Notes under the pieces: model-generated
The model's database searches: none
Seen by the model: the letters and a program-made list of their open reading frames with translations, nothing else
Told to the model about the DNA's origin: nothing
DNA from: Denitratisoma sp.
GTDB lineage: Bacteria; Pseudomonadota; Gammaproteobacteria; Burkholderiales; Rhodocyclaceae
Length of the DNA: 64,000 nt
NCBI GenBank assembly: GCA_032027165.1
Contig: JAVSMO010000001.1
Coordinates: 189,950 to 253,949, forward strand
Reading direction: 5' to 3'
Program-made: the position numbers and the translations under genes
Shown: positions 1 through 10,313 of the stretch, piece after piece
How the letters are laid out: each line of letters starts with the position of its first letter
Position numbering within the stretch: position 1 is the stretch's first letter

Positions 1-676
<676 letters not shown>

Positions 677-687
677 GGGATACGAGC

Positions 688-1575
<888 letters not shown>

Positions 1576-1596
1576 TCGTTTCTTGTATTTGGCAGC

Positions 1597-1627
1597 AGCG
1601 CCGCCTCAAGGGCGGCGTTGTTGTTTG
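1597..1627 (+). terminator. Rho-independent terminator after sucD
   Basis: Stem CGCCGCC (1599-1605), loop TCAAG, stem GGCGGCG (1611-1617), followed by TTGTTGTTTG. Starts 22 nt after the sucD stop. Confidence 0.6.
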
Positions 1628-1878
1628 CAGACCTTGGGCAATGACTGAAATGCCGTCAAATTTGCGACCAAGAAATATTTGACTATCTTCATGTTTGCCT
1701 GTAAGAATTACGATTAAATTGCTGTTTCTACGCAGGTTGGTCGGCTTTAAGGGTATTCTTGCGGCCTGCGGCATAACGTTTCAAGCTGTGCGCGAATGTG
1801 TTGCGGGTCGGGTGTCCGCATGCGCACGGTTGCTTCTCCAATAAAGACAAAATATTCGGCAGGAGAGGACAGCGCAGC

Positions 1879-4461
1879 GTGTCAAAGACTTTCTGGAAAA
1901 CCGACTGGTTCATCGGCGTTGTCGTGAGCGTGGTCATGCTCTTTGCAGGCAGCGGCGAATTGCTGCAGAGCCTGGAGCGCAAGGCCTATGACCTCGGTGT
2001 CGGTGCTGTGTCTCGAGAGCCAAGCAGCAGGATCGCGGTCATCGCCATCGACAAGCAGAGTATCGACAACCTCGGCCGCTGGCCCTGGTCACGCGAAGTG
2101 CATGCGAAGATGATCGATGGACTGGCGGCCGCCAAGGCCAAGGTTATCGCCTCATCCATTTTCTTCTCCGAGCCCCAGATCGATCCCGGGCTCGCCTACA
2201 TCAACAAGCTGATCGAACTCTACGGCCAGGCCGGCGGTGCGCCGCTGACGGGTACGCCGGAGGCGCTGGCGGCCCAGTTGCCCCCCCTGGGGCAGTTCGG
2301 CCCGGTGTTGGCCGAGGCTGAACAGAAGCTCAATAGCGACCGACGCATGGGCGAATCGGTCGCCAAGGCGGGCAACGTAGTCCTGCCGATGCTGTTTCGG
2401 CTCGGGGAGCCGCGCGGGAGGCCGGACAGACCCTTGCCGGACTTCATCAAGAAAAATGCGATTTCCCAGGTCGAAAAAGGCGAGGAGGCGCCGCTTCTTA
2501 CCTCTGACGTGGAGGCGCCGGTCGTCGAGGTGCTCGGCCTCAATGCGGCGGCAATCGGCCATCTCAACGTCAATCCCGATGTGGATGGCGGCATACGCAC
2601 CGAGCCGCTGGTGCTGGCCCATTTCAACGAAATCTACCCCTCCCTGTCGCTGATGATCGCGGCGAAGAGCCTCAATCTCGGCGTCGCCGACATCAAAGTC
2701 AAGCTGGGTGACTCGGTAAGGCTGGGCAATCTGAAGATCGGCACCGACCCGGTCATGCAGATGAACACCTTCTTCTACAAGGATCGCGAGGGCAAACCTG
2801 CCTTTCAGGTGGATTCGTTCTTCGACGTGACCAGCGGCAAGATTCCCCTGGACAAGTACAAGGACAAGATCGTACTGATCGGACCGACGGCCGCCGGCAT
2901 CGGCAGCATCTTCGTCACGCCCGTGTCGCCCGCCATGCCGGCGGTGCTGATGCAGGCGCATACCGTGTCCAGTATCCTCCAAGAGCATTTCTTCGTCGTG
3001 CCGACATGGGGCTGGATCGTCGAGCGGCTGGCCTTCCTTCTGGTGGCCGCCTACCTGATCGCGCTACTGCCGCGCCTCAAGGCAGGCATGGGGGCGGGCG
3101 TGACCGTTGGCCTGTTTGCGGCCTTGGTGGCGGCGCACTTCGTCCTCATGACGACGCAATTGATATGGCTGCAACTTATGGTGCCCGCAACTTTGCTGTT
3201 GGTGGGCCACGCCCTGCTGACCACCAAGCGCTTCCTCGTCACCGAACGGGGCAAAGAGAAATCGGAGGCCGAGTCGGCCGAGTCCAACCGCATGCTGGGT
3301 CTGGCCTTCCAGGGCCAGGGCCAACTCGACATGGCCTTCGACAAATTCCGCAAGTGCCCGATGGACGAGGCCGTGATGGAAAACCTCTACAACCTGGGAC
3401 TGGATTTCGAGCGCAAGCGCCAGTTCAACAAGGCCGAGTCGGTTTTTCGCTACATGGCTGATTTCAATCCGAAGTTTCGCGACCTGGAAACACGGCTGAA
3501 TCGGGCCAAGGCCATGTCGGAGACTGTGATGCTGGGCGGCGGCGGACGATCGACCGCACAGGGCACCATGATTCTCGAGGGCGGCCAGGTGGAAAAACCC
3601 ATGCTTGGCCGTTACCAGGTTGAGAAGGAACTCGGCAAGGGCGCCATGGGCGTGGTGTACCTTGGCCGCGATCCGAAGATCAACCGCGTCGTGGCCATCA
3701 AGACCATGGCGTTGTCGCAGGAGTTCGAGGAAGACGAACTCAAGGACGTGAAGGAGCGCTTCTTCCGGGAAGCGGAAACGGCGGGTCGTCTGAATCACCC
3801 GAACATCGTGACCATTTTCGATGCCGGCGAGGAGCACGACCTGGCCTACATCGCCATGGAATTCCTCAAGGGCAAGGACCTGGTCCCATATACCAAGACC
3901 GGCAACCTGATGCCGCTGGCCAAGGTGATGGACATTGTCGCCCGGGTTGCCGACGCGCTTTCCTACGCCCACCAGAACAGCGTGGTCCACCGCGACATCA
4001 AGCCGGCCAACATCATGTACGAGCCGGAGTCCGACGCGGTCAAGGTGACCGACTTCGGCATCGCCCGCATTACCGATTCGTCGAAGACCAAGACGGGCAT
4101 GGTGTTGGGCACGCCCAGTTACATGTCGCCGGAACAACTGGCCGGCAAGAAGATCGACGGCCGTTCCGACCTTTTCTCCCTCGGCGTCATGCTTTACCAG
4201 ATGGCTTGCGGCAAGCTGCCCTTCGAAGGCGATTCGATGGCCCAGTTGATGTTCAAGATCGCAAACGAACCGCACCCCCACATCCGCGAGTTCAACCCGC
4301 AGGTGCCGGAGTGTCTGGCGGCGATCATCGACCGGGCACTGGCCAAGGACAATGCGCAGCGCTACCAGACCGGCGCCGAAATGGCGGCCGATTTGCGTGC
4401 CTGCATGGGCTTGAGCACGGGCGGGGGTGCGCCCTCGCCGCAGGTTGATTTCAATCTTTGA
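1879..4461 (+). CDS. Membrane sensor Ser/Thr protein kinase: CHASE2 - TM block - TPR-like linker - Hanks kinase
   Basis: GTG 1879 is preceded by AGGAGAGGA (1861-1869); the ORF track start at 1798 is less likely. N-terminus has the CHASE2-like GRWPWSR motif. Hydrophobic helices lie at about aa 390-470. Kinase motifs: GKGAMGVVY..VAIK, HRDIKPAN, DFG, SYMSPE. Confidence 0.85.
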   Translation: MSKTFWKTDWFIGVVVSVVMLFAGSGELLQSLERKAYDLGVGAVSREPSSRIAVIAIDKQSIDNLGRWPWSREVHAKMIDGLAAAKAKVIASSIFFSEPQIDPGLAYINKLIELYGQAGGAPLTGTPEALAAQLPPLGQFGPVLAEAEQKLNSDRRMGESVAKAGNVVLPMLFRLGEPRGRPDRPLPDFIKKNAISQVEKGEEAPLLTSDVEAPVVEVLGLNAAAIGHLNVNPDVDGGIRTEPLVLAHFNEIYPSLSLMIAAKSLNLGVADIKVKLGDSVRLGNLKIGTDPVMQMNTFFYKDREGKPAFQVDSFFDVTSGKIPLDKYKDKIVLIGPTAAGIGSIFVTPVSPAMPAVLMQAHTVSSILQEHFFVVPTWGWIVERLAFLLVAAYLIALLPRLKAGMGAGVTVGLFAALVAAHFVLMTTQLIWLQLMVPATLLLVGHALLTTKRFLVTERGKEKSEAESAESNRMLGLAFQGQGQLDMAFDKFRKCPMDEAVMENLYNLGLDFERKRQFNKAESVFRYMADFNPKFRDLETRLNRAKAMSETVMLGGGGRSTAQGTMILEGGQVEKPMLGRYQVEKELGKGAMGVVYLGRDPKINRVVAIKTMALSQEFEEDELKDVKERFFREAETAGRLNHPNIVTIFDAGEEHDLAYIAMEFLKGKDLVPYTKTGNLMPLAKVMDIVARVADALSYAHQNSVVHRDIKPANIMYEPESDAVKVTDFGIARITDSSKTKTGMVLGTPSYMSPEQLAGKKIDGRSDLFSLGVMLYQMACGKLPFEGDSMAQLMFKIANEPHPHIREFNPQVPECLAAIIDRALAKDNAQRYQTGAEMAADLRACMGLSTGGGAPSPQVDFNL

Positions 4462-4466
4462 GAGGA

Positions 4467-5291
4467 ATGATGGATCTCAGCCAGGTTCTGCAAATCGTCA
4501 GCCGCTCGGATGCCGGCATGGTGCGCTCGCACAATGAGGACGCCGTCTTCGCGAATGCCGCCTGCGGCTTGGCCATCCTGGCCGACGGGATGGGGGGGTA
4601 TAACGCTGGCGAGGTCGCAAGCGGCATGGCGACCACCCTGTTGGGCAGTGAAATCGAGAAGGCCTTCGCGAAGACGGAGCCCCACCAGCTCGACGCCGCC
4701 GGCAAGCTGTATTCCCACACCGTCCTTGAGGCAGAAATCGCCCGTGCCAACACGGCGATCTACCAAGCGGCACAGAGTCAGCCTCAGTATGCCGGCATGG
4801 GCACGACCCTGGTGGTTGCCCTGTTCTACGACAACATGATGACGGTCGCGCATATCGGCGACTCCCGGCTCTATCGCTTGCGCGGGGGCGAATTCCAGGC
4901 GATCACGCGCGATCATTCCCTGTTGCAGGAGCAGATAGACAGCGGCATGATTACACTGGAGGAGGCGCGCCATTCGCAGAACAAGAACCTGGTTACCCGG
5001 GCGCTGGGTGTAGACCCGACGGTCGAGCCGGAGATCCGCGATTACGATACGATGCCGGGAGACCTATACCTGTTGTGCTCCGACGGGCTCAATGACATGG
5101 TCGAGGACGAGGAGATCGCCCTCACCCTGCAGGCGCTGTCAGCCAACCTCGATCTGGCGGCGACGCAGCTGATTCAGACGGCGAACGATAGCGGGGGGCG
5201 GGACAATGTTTCGGTAGTGCTGGTGCGCATTACGCGCGAATATCCGGCGGCGCGCGGCTGGTGGGCGCGACTGCTGCAATGGTTCAAGTGA
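4467..5291 (+). CDS. PP2C-family Ser/Thr protein phosphatase
   Basis: Motifs RSHNEDA, ADGMGG, CSDGLNDM, GGRDNVS. Start is ATG 4467 or 4470, just after GAGAGGA. The frame overlaps the kinase stop (4459-4461), suggesting translational coupling. Confidence 0.9.
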   Translation: MMDLSQVLQIVSRSDAGMVRSHNEDAVFANAACGLAILADGMGGYNAGEVASGMATTLLGSEIEKAFAKTEPHQLDAAGKLYSHTVLEAEIARANTAIYQAAQSQPQYAGMGTTLVVALFYDNMMTVAHIGDSRLYRLRGGEFQAITRDHSLLQEQIDSGMITLEEARHSQNKNLVTRALGVDPTVEPEIRDYDTMPGDLYLLCSDGLNDMVEDEEIALTLQALSANLDLAATQLIQTANDSGGRDNVSVVLVRITREYPAARGWWARLLQWFK

Positions 5292-5311
5292 ATTGACGAG
5301 AAGGACGCAAC

Positions 5312-6070
5312 ATGGCTGCTAAGTTGATCCTAAGCATGGATGGCCTGGTGCTCAAGGAAATTCCGCTCACCAAAGAGCGGACGACGATCGGGCGCAAGCC
5401 GCATAACGATATCCAGATCGACAATCTGGCCATCAGCGGCGAACATTCGGTGATCGTCACGATCCTCAATGATTCGTTTCTTGAGGACTTGAACAGCACC
5501 AATGGCACTTACGTGAATGGCCAGCCCATCAAAAAGCATTTTCTGCAGAACAACGACGTCGTCGAATTGGGCAAATACAAGCTCAAATACATTAACGAGA
5601 CGCCCACGCAGACGACGGCTGCGGATTTCGAGAAAACGATGGTGCTGCGGCCCGACCTGATGAAGAAGACGGCGGAGCAGACGGCTGCCAAGTCATCCTC
5701 GATGAGCGATACACAGGTCGGCATGAAGGCCCTGGATACCCATGCCGGCATGGCGCCGCCTGCCCAGGGGGCTCCTCCGGCAGCGGCGCCCGCCCCGCAG
5801 GCGATGCCGACCGGGGCCATCCAGATCCTGACAGGCGCCAATGCAGGGAAGGAACTGGAGTTGACCAAGAATCTCACCACCTTGGGCAAACCGGGCGTTC
5901 AGGTGGCTGTCATCACCCGCCGCCCGCACGGCTACTTCATCACCCATGTCGAAGGGGCCAACTTCCCGGTCGTCAATGGCACTACGCTGGATGCCCATCC
6001 GCGCGAATTGAAGGATCATGACGTCATTGAGCTGGCCGGCATCAAAATGGAGTTCTTCCTCAAGAGCTGA
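5312..6070 (+). CDS. FHA-domain protein: N-terminal canonical FHA, Pro/Ala/Thr-rich linker, C-terminal FHA-like domain
   Basis: N-terminus reads TIGRKPHNDIQIDNLAISGEHSVI...STNGTYVNG (the GR...SxxH...NG pattern). The C-terminal 85 aa have an FHA-like layout (LGKPG...VNGTTL...) with GK in place of GR. Confidence 0.85.
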   Translation: MAAKLILSMDGLVLKEIPLTKERTTIGRKPHNDIQIDNLAISGEHSVIVTILNDSFLEDLNSTNGTYVNGQPIKKHFLQNNDVVELGKYKLKYINETPTQTTAADFEKTMVLRPDLMKKTAEQTAAKSSSMSDTQVGMKALDTHAGMAPPAQGAPPAAAPAPQAMPTGAIQILTGANAGKELELTKNLTTLGKPGVQVAVITRRPHGYFITHVEGANFPVVNGTTLDAHPRELKDHDVIELAGIKMEFFLKS

Positions 6071-6183
6071 GTCCGGCGACACAATCTTGGATGCAGTATC
6101 CCGGCTGCATGCAGTTTTGAAACCGCCACCATGAGTTGGACGTCAGGCTTGCTTAATGCGGGACAGTTCGGGAGGGGGCGGTT

Positions 6184-8415
6184 TTGAAGCAGTACATCGT
6201 CAGGTACGCACTGGGGTTCGTGGTATTGCTTGTTCTGCTAGGCCACGCGGCGCGTTTCTACGAGCTCGGCTTCATCAACCGGCTCGACGCCATCATCTAT
6301 GACACCAAGGTGCGCCTTACCATGCCTAAGGGCATGGATGATCGTGTCGTCATTCTCGATATCGATGAGAAATCCCTCGGAGAGATCGGCCGCTGGCCCT
6401 GGGGGCGGGATCGGGTTTCGCAGCTCGTCAGGAAACTGTTCGATCAGCATGGGGTCGCCATTCTCGGCTTTGACGTCGTCTTCGCCGAGCCGGATGACAG
6501 TTCCGGCTTGAAGGCGCTTGAAGGGCTGGCCAAGGGGGATCTCAAGGACAGCACGCAATTCCAGGCAGCGCTCAAGGAACTCCGACCGCAGCTGGATCAT
6601 GACGGGCGTTTTGTGGAAACGCTCAGGGGACGTCCGGTGATTCTCGGCTATTACCTTTCGGGGCGAAGCGACGGCGTGTCCAGCGGCGCATTGCCTCCGC
6701 CCGTATTGCCCGAAGGCAGCTTCACGGGGCGAAGCATTCCCTTCACCATCTGGACCAATTACGGTGGCAATCTGGCCGAGTTCCAGAAAGCGGCCCTTTC
6801 CGGAGGGCACTTCAATCCCCTGGTCGACTTCGATGGCATCTCGCGTCGAGTTCCCCTCTTGGCCGAATTCAAGGGCGAATACTATGAAGCGTTGTCGCTG
6901 GCCATGGTGCGGGCTCTGATCGGCCAGCCGAAGGTGGTGCCCTGGTTTCCTGATGACCGCTGGTTTTCCAGCAAGAGCTACCAGGGCATGGAAGCCATCG
7001 ACCTGCCGACCGCGCGCGGCACGCTGCGCGTCCCGGTGGATGAAAACGTTGCCGCCCTGATTCCCTATCGCGGCTACCAGGGCAGTTATCGATACTATTC
7101 GATTGCCGACATCATGGCGGACCGGATCAAGCCGGGCGAGCTCAAAGGCAAGATTGCTCTGATCGGCACGACTGCGCCGGGCCTGCTCGACCTGCGCGCC
7201 ACTCCCGTAGGGGAGGCTTATCCCGGGGTGGAAATTCATGCCAACCTGATCACAGGCATGCTTGACGGGGCAATCAAGCATAAGCCGTCCTATGTGCTGG
7301 GGGCCGAAGTGATTCTACTTCTGCTGGCCGGCCTCGTGATGGTGCTGTTGCTGCCGCTGCTATCGCCGCTACGGGCAACCCTTGCATCCATTGTGCTGTT
7401 GCTGTTCATCCTGACGGTGAACCTCGTCTTCTGGGAGTACGGCAACCTGGTGCTGCCGCTCGCCTCCGCCGTGCTGCTGGTACTGACTTTATACGCGCTC
7501 AACATGTCGTACGGCTATTTCGTCGAGTCGCGGACGAAGCGGCAGTTCACCGAGTTGTTCGGACAGTACGTGCCACCGGAACTGGTGGAGGAAATGAGCC
7601 GCAATCCCGAGTCCTATAGCATGGAAGGCCGCAAGGCCGAGCTGACCGTGCTGTTCTCGGACATTCGTGGATTTACAACGATATCCGAGGGGCTCGGGCC
7701 GGACGAACTGACCCGCCTGATGAACGAGTACCTGTCGGCCATGACCGAAGTGGTGCGCAGGAACAGAGGTACCCTGGACAAATATATCGGGGACGCCATC
7801 ATGGCCTTCTGGGGCGCTCCGGTGAGCGATGCGCAGCATGCCCGCCATGCCGTCGTCACGGCGATGCAAATGCAGGCCGCCCTGCCTGCGGTCAACAAGA
7901 CGTTTGCCGCAAAGGGCTGGCCCGAAATCAAGATTGGCGTCGGCGTCAACACGGGCGACATGACCGTGGGCGACATGGGGTCGGCCGTGCGCAAGGCTTA
8001 TACTGTCATGGGCGATGCGGTAAACCTCGGTTCGCGGCTTGAGGGCATCACCAAGCAGTACGGAGTCGGCATTCTGGTGGGCGAGACTGCGCGCAAGGCC
8101 ATCAAGGACATCGTCTTCCGGGAGGTGGACCGGGTGCAGGTGAAGGGCAAGGAAGAGCCGGTTGCCATCTATGAGCCGATCGGCCTTGAAGGCGAGGTAG
8201 ACAAGGCAACACAGGAAGAGATCAAGCTATGGAACCAGGCCTTGCGCCACTACCGCGCCCAGGAATGGGATCAGGCGGAGGTGGCGCTGTTGAACTTGTC
8301 GCGGCTGGCGCCCGGACGGGCACTGTACGGCAAGTATATGGAACGGATTACCCATCTGCGCAGGGAACCGCCCGAGCCGGGATGGAAAGGCGTGTGGAAG
8401 TTCGAGACCAAGTAA
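6184..8415 (+). CDS. CHASE2-sensor class III adenylate/guanylate cyclase
   Basis: TTG start follows GGGAGGGGG. CHASE2 motif GRWPWGR, then a TM block at about aa 365-445. Cyclase motifs: LFSDIRGFT, DKYIGDAIMAFWG, GDAVNLGSRLE. Confidence 0.9.
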   Translation: MKQYIVRYALGFVVLLVLLGHAARFYELGFINRLDAIIYDTKVRLTMPKGMDDRVVILDIDEKSLGEIGRWPWGRDRVSQLVRKLFDQHGVAILGFDVVFAEPDDSSGLKALEGLAKGDLKDSTQFQAALKELRPQLDHDGRFVETLRGRPVILGYYLSGRSDGVSSGALPPPVLPEGSFTGRSIPFTIWTNYGGNLAEFQKAALSGGHFNPLVDFDGISRRVPLLAEFKGEYYEALSLAMVRALIGQPKVVPWFPDDRWFSSKSYQGMEAIDLPTARGTLRVPVDENVAALIPYRGYQGSYRYYSIADIMADRIKPGELKGKIALIGTTAPGLLDLRATPVGEAYPGVEIHANLITGMLDGAIKHKPSYVLGAEVILLLLAGLVMVLLLPLLSPLRATLASIVLLLFILTVNLVFWEYGNLVLPLASAVLLVLTLYALNMSYGYFVESRTKRQFTELFGQYVPPELVEEMSRNPESYSMEGRKAELTVLFSDIRGFTTISEGLGPDELTRLMNEYLSAMTEVVRRNRGTLDKYIGDAIMAFWGAPVSDAQHARHAVVTAMQMQAALPAVNKTFAAKGWPEIKIGVGVNTGDMTVGDMGSAVRKAYTVMGDAVNLGSRLEGITKQYGVGILVGETARKAIKDIVFREVDRVQVKGKEEPVAIYEPIGLEGEVDKATQEEIKLWNQALRHYRAQEWDQAEVALLNLSRLAPGRALYGKYMERITHLRREPPEPGWKGVWKFETK

Positions 8416-8431
8416 CGTAAGAGATAAAGAA

Positions 8432-9199
8432 ATGAAGGTCAGAGTTCTCGGCTGCAGCGGCGGGATTGGCGGGCGCCATCTGCGCACTACTTCGCTGCTT
8501 GTCGACCACGACATCCTAATTGACGCAGGAACCGGTGTGGGTGATCTGTCGCTGGCCGAACTGGCTTTGATCGATCACGTTTTCCTCACCCATTCGCACC
8601 TCGACCATGTTGCCTGTTTGCCGTTCATGGTCGACACCGTGGGCGACATGCGCAACAAACCGCTGACGGTGCATGCCACCCAGGCCACGCTGGAAATCAT
8701 CCAGGCGCACATCTTCAACTGGGCCATCTGGCCTGACTTCTCGGAAATCCCCAACCGCGAGAAACCGTTCATGCGCTATGCTGAACTGAAGACCGGCAAG
8801 ACGGTGAAGGTGGAAGGGCGCGAGATCACCCCGCTTCCGGCCAATCACACCGTACCCGCGGTGGGCTATCGGATCGATTCCGGCGAGGGCAGTCTGGTGT
8901 TCAGCGGCGACACAACGGTGTGCGATGAGTTGTGGAAGGTCGTGAACAAGATCCGCAACCTGCGCTACCTCATCATCGAAACCGCCTTTTCCAACCGCGA
9001 GCGGCAACTTGCCGTCGCCTCGAAGCATCTATGCCCCGATATGCTTCGGGAGGAACTGCTGAAACTCCAGCGCGAGGCGGATATCTACATCACTCACCTC
9101 AAGCCCGGGCAGATCGAGCTGACCATGCAGGAAATCGAGGAGTTCATCGGAGAATACAGGCCGCGCATGTTGCAGAACAACCAGGTGTTTGAGCTGTAA
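8432..9199 (+). CDS. Class II 3',5'-cyclic-nucleotide phosphodiesterase (metallo-beta-lactamase fold)
   Basis: 255 aa starting MKVRVLGCSGG, with the THSHLDH metal motif. Layout resembles CpdP/yeast PDE1-type class II PDEs. No obvious signal peptide. Confidence 0.75.
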   Translation: MKVRVLGCSGGIGGRHLRTTSLLVDHDILIDAGTGVGDLSLAELALIDHVFLTHSHLDHVACLPFMVDTVGDMRNKPLTVHATQATLEIIQAHIFNWAIWPDFSEIPNREKPFMRYAELKTGKTVKVEGREITPLPANHTVPAVGYRIDSGEGSLVFSGDTTVCDELWKVVNKIRNLRYLIIETAFSNRERQLAVASKHLCPDMLREELLKLQREADIYITHLKPGQIELTMQEIEEFIGEYRPRMLQNNQVFEL

Positions 9200-9209
9200 G
9201 GGCTCGCGA

Positions 9210-10277
9210 ATGAGCATGCAATCCATTTCCACGGACGTATTGAGGCGGCTCGAGCCGCTGGGGGCGCTGTCGCCGGACAGCCTTCGCGAGATATCCCGCA
9301 TGTGCTATGCAGAAAAAATCAGCCGGAATCTCGACCCGTTCCGGCTGCAGGGCATGCAGGGGCAGGCTGTCTATCTCGTCAAGGGCGAATTGAAGATTGA
9401 TTATCCGGATTCAAGCTCCGAAATCCTGGTCGGCGGGACAGAGGCAGCCGTTCGTCCGCTGGACAAACGAAAACCCGCATTTACGGGCGCCAAGGCGATT
9501 ACGGACGTCGAGTTGATCCGAATCGACGAGGAACTGCTCGATATCATGCTGACGTGGGACCAGCTGGCCGCCCCGCAGGCCACAGCTGGCGCGAAGAAAA
9601 CCCCGGATGCGGCGGATCGTACGGATTGGCGCACGATGTCCGGCATGTTTGCGGCAGAGAACCTGACGCACGGCATATTTGCCAGTCTGCCGCCGGCCAA
9701 CATAGAGGCGCTGTTCGCACGTTTTCACCGCATCAAGGTGGCGCGCGGCGAAGTGGTCATCAGAGAAGGGGAGGATGGAGACTTCTATTACGTCATCGAA
9801 AGCGGGCGTTGCACGGTGTCCCGCCAGATTGGGGGCGCCACCGTCGGACTGGCCGAGTTGAAGACCGGCGATGCCTTCGGGGAGGAAGCCTTGGTGGCAA
9901 ACACCAAGCGAAATGCGACGGTTGCAATGAAAACCGATGGCGTTCTGTTGAGGCTGGCGAAGGCGGATTTCATCGAGTTGCTGAAAGAGCCCCTGATGCA
10001 TCGCATTTCGCGTCCGGAAGCGGACAAGAAAGCGGCTGCCGGAGCAATCTGGCTGGACGTCCGCTTTGCTGCCGAATACAACACCGACAAGCTGCCGGGG
10101 GCGATCAACATTCCGCTCAACGAGATACGCAACCTGTTCGGCTCTCTCGACCGCCAGAAGGAGTATATTGCCTACTGTCAGAGTGGGCGACGCAGTTCGG
10201 CGGCAGCATTTCTGCTCTCCCAGCGTGGCTATAAGACTTATCTGCTCGAAGGCGGTCTTCGCGGCAGTGCTGCATAA
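9210..10277 (+). CDS. Cyclic-nucleotide-binding (CAP effector-type) protein fused to a C-terminal rhodanese domain
   Basis: Canonical cNMP cassette GDAFGEEAL...KRNATV follows a degenerate first cNMP-like domain. The C-terminal rhodanese has the active-site loop YCQSGRRS. ATG 9210 lies in frame with the ORF-track TTG 9189. Confidence 0.85.
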   Translation: MSMQSISTDVLRRLEPLGALSPDSLREISRMCYAEKISRNLDPFRLQGMQGQAVYLVKGELKIDYPDSSSEILVGGTEAAVRPLDKRKPAFTGAKAITDVELIRIDEELLDIMLTWDQLAAPQATAGAKKTPDAADRTDWRTMSGMFAAENLTHGIFASLPPANIEALFARFHRIKVARGEVVIREGEDGDFYYVIESGRCTVSRQIGGATVGLAELKTGDAFGEEALVANTKRNATVAMKTDGVLLRLAKADFIELLKEPLMHRISRPEADKKAAAGAIWLDVRFAAEYNTDKLPGAINIPLNEIRNLFGSLDRQKEYIAYCQSGRRSSAAAFLLSQRGYKTYLLEGGLRGSAA

Positions 10278-10313
10278 GGCACGCATCCCAATGGCTCAGA
10301 AGGGAAATCTGGT

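Noticed and set aside
3064-4281. 405-aa ORF antisense to the kinase gene
   Set aside because: A shadow ORF in a high-GC gene. No motifs are present, and the sense strand carries complete Hanks kinase motifs.
1798-6070. STK/PP2C/FHA trio as a type VI secretion threonine-phosphorylation pathway (PpkA/PppA/Fha)
   Set aside because: No T6SS structural genes (tssA-M, hcp, vgrG, clpV) occur anywhere in the 64 kb. The module is instead contiguous with cyclase, PDE and GspE-type genes.
6184-10277. Cyclase plus cNMP-binding effector as a CBASS/Pycsar-type anti-phage system
   Set aside because: The cyclase is a 743-aa membrane CHASE2 class III enzyme, not a CD-NTase or a compact Pyc cyclase. The cNMP reader carries a rhodanese rather than a TIR, TM, nuclease or phospholipase killing domain. 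A dedicated PDE and housekeeping-style sensors point to physiological signalling.
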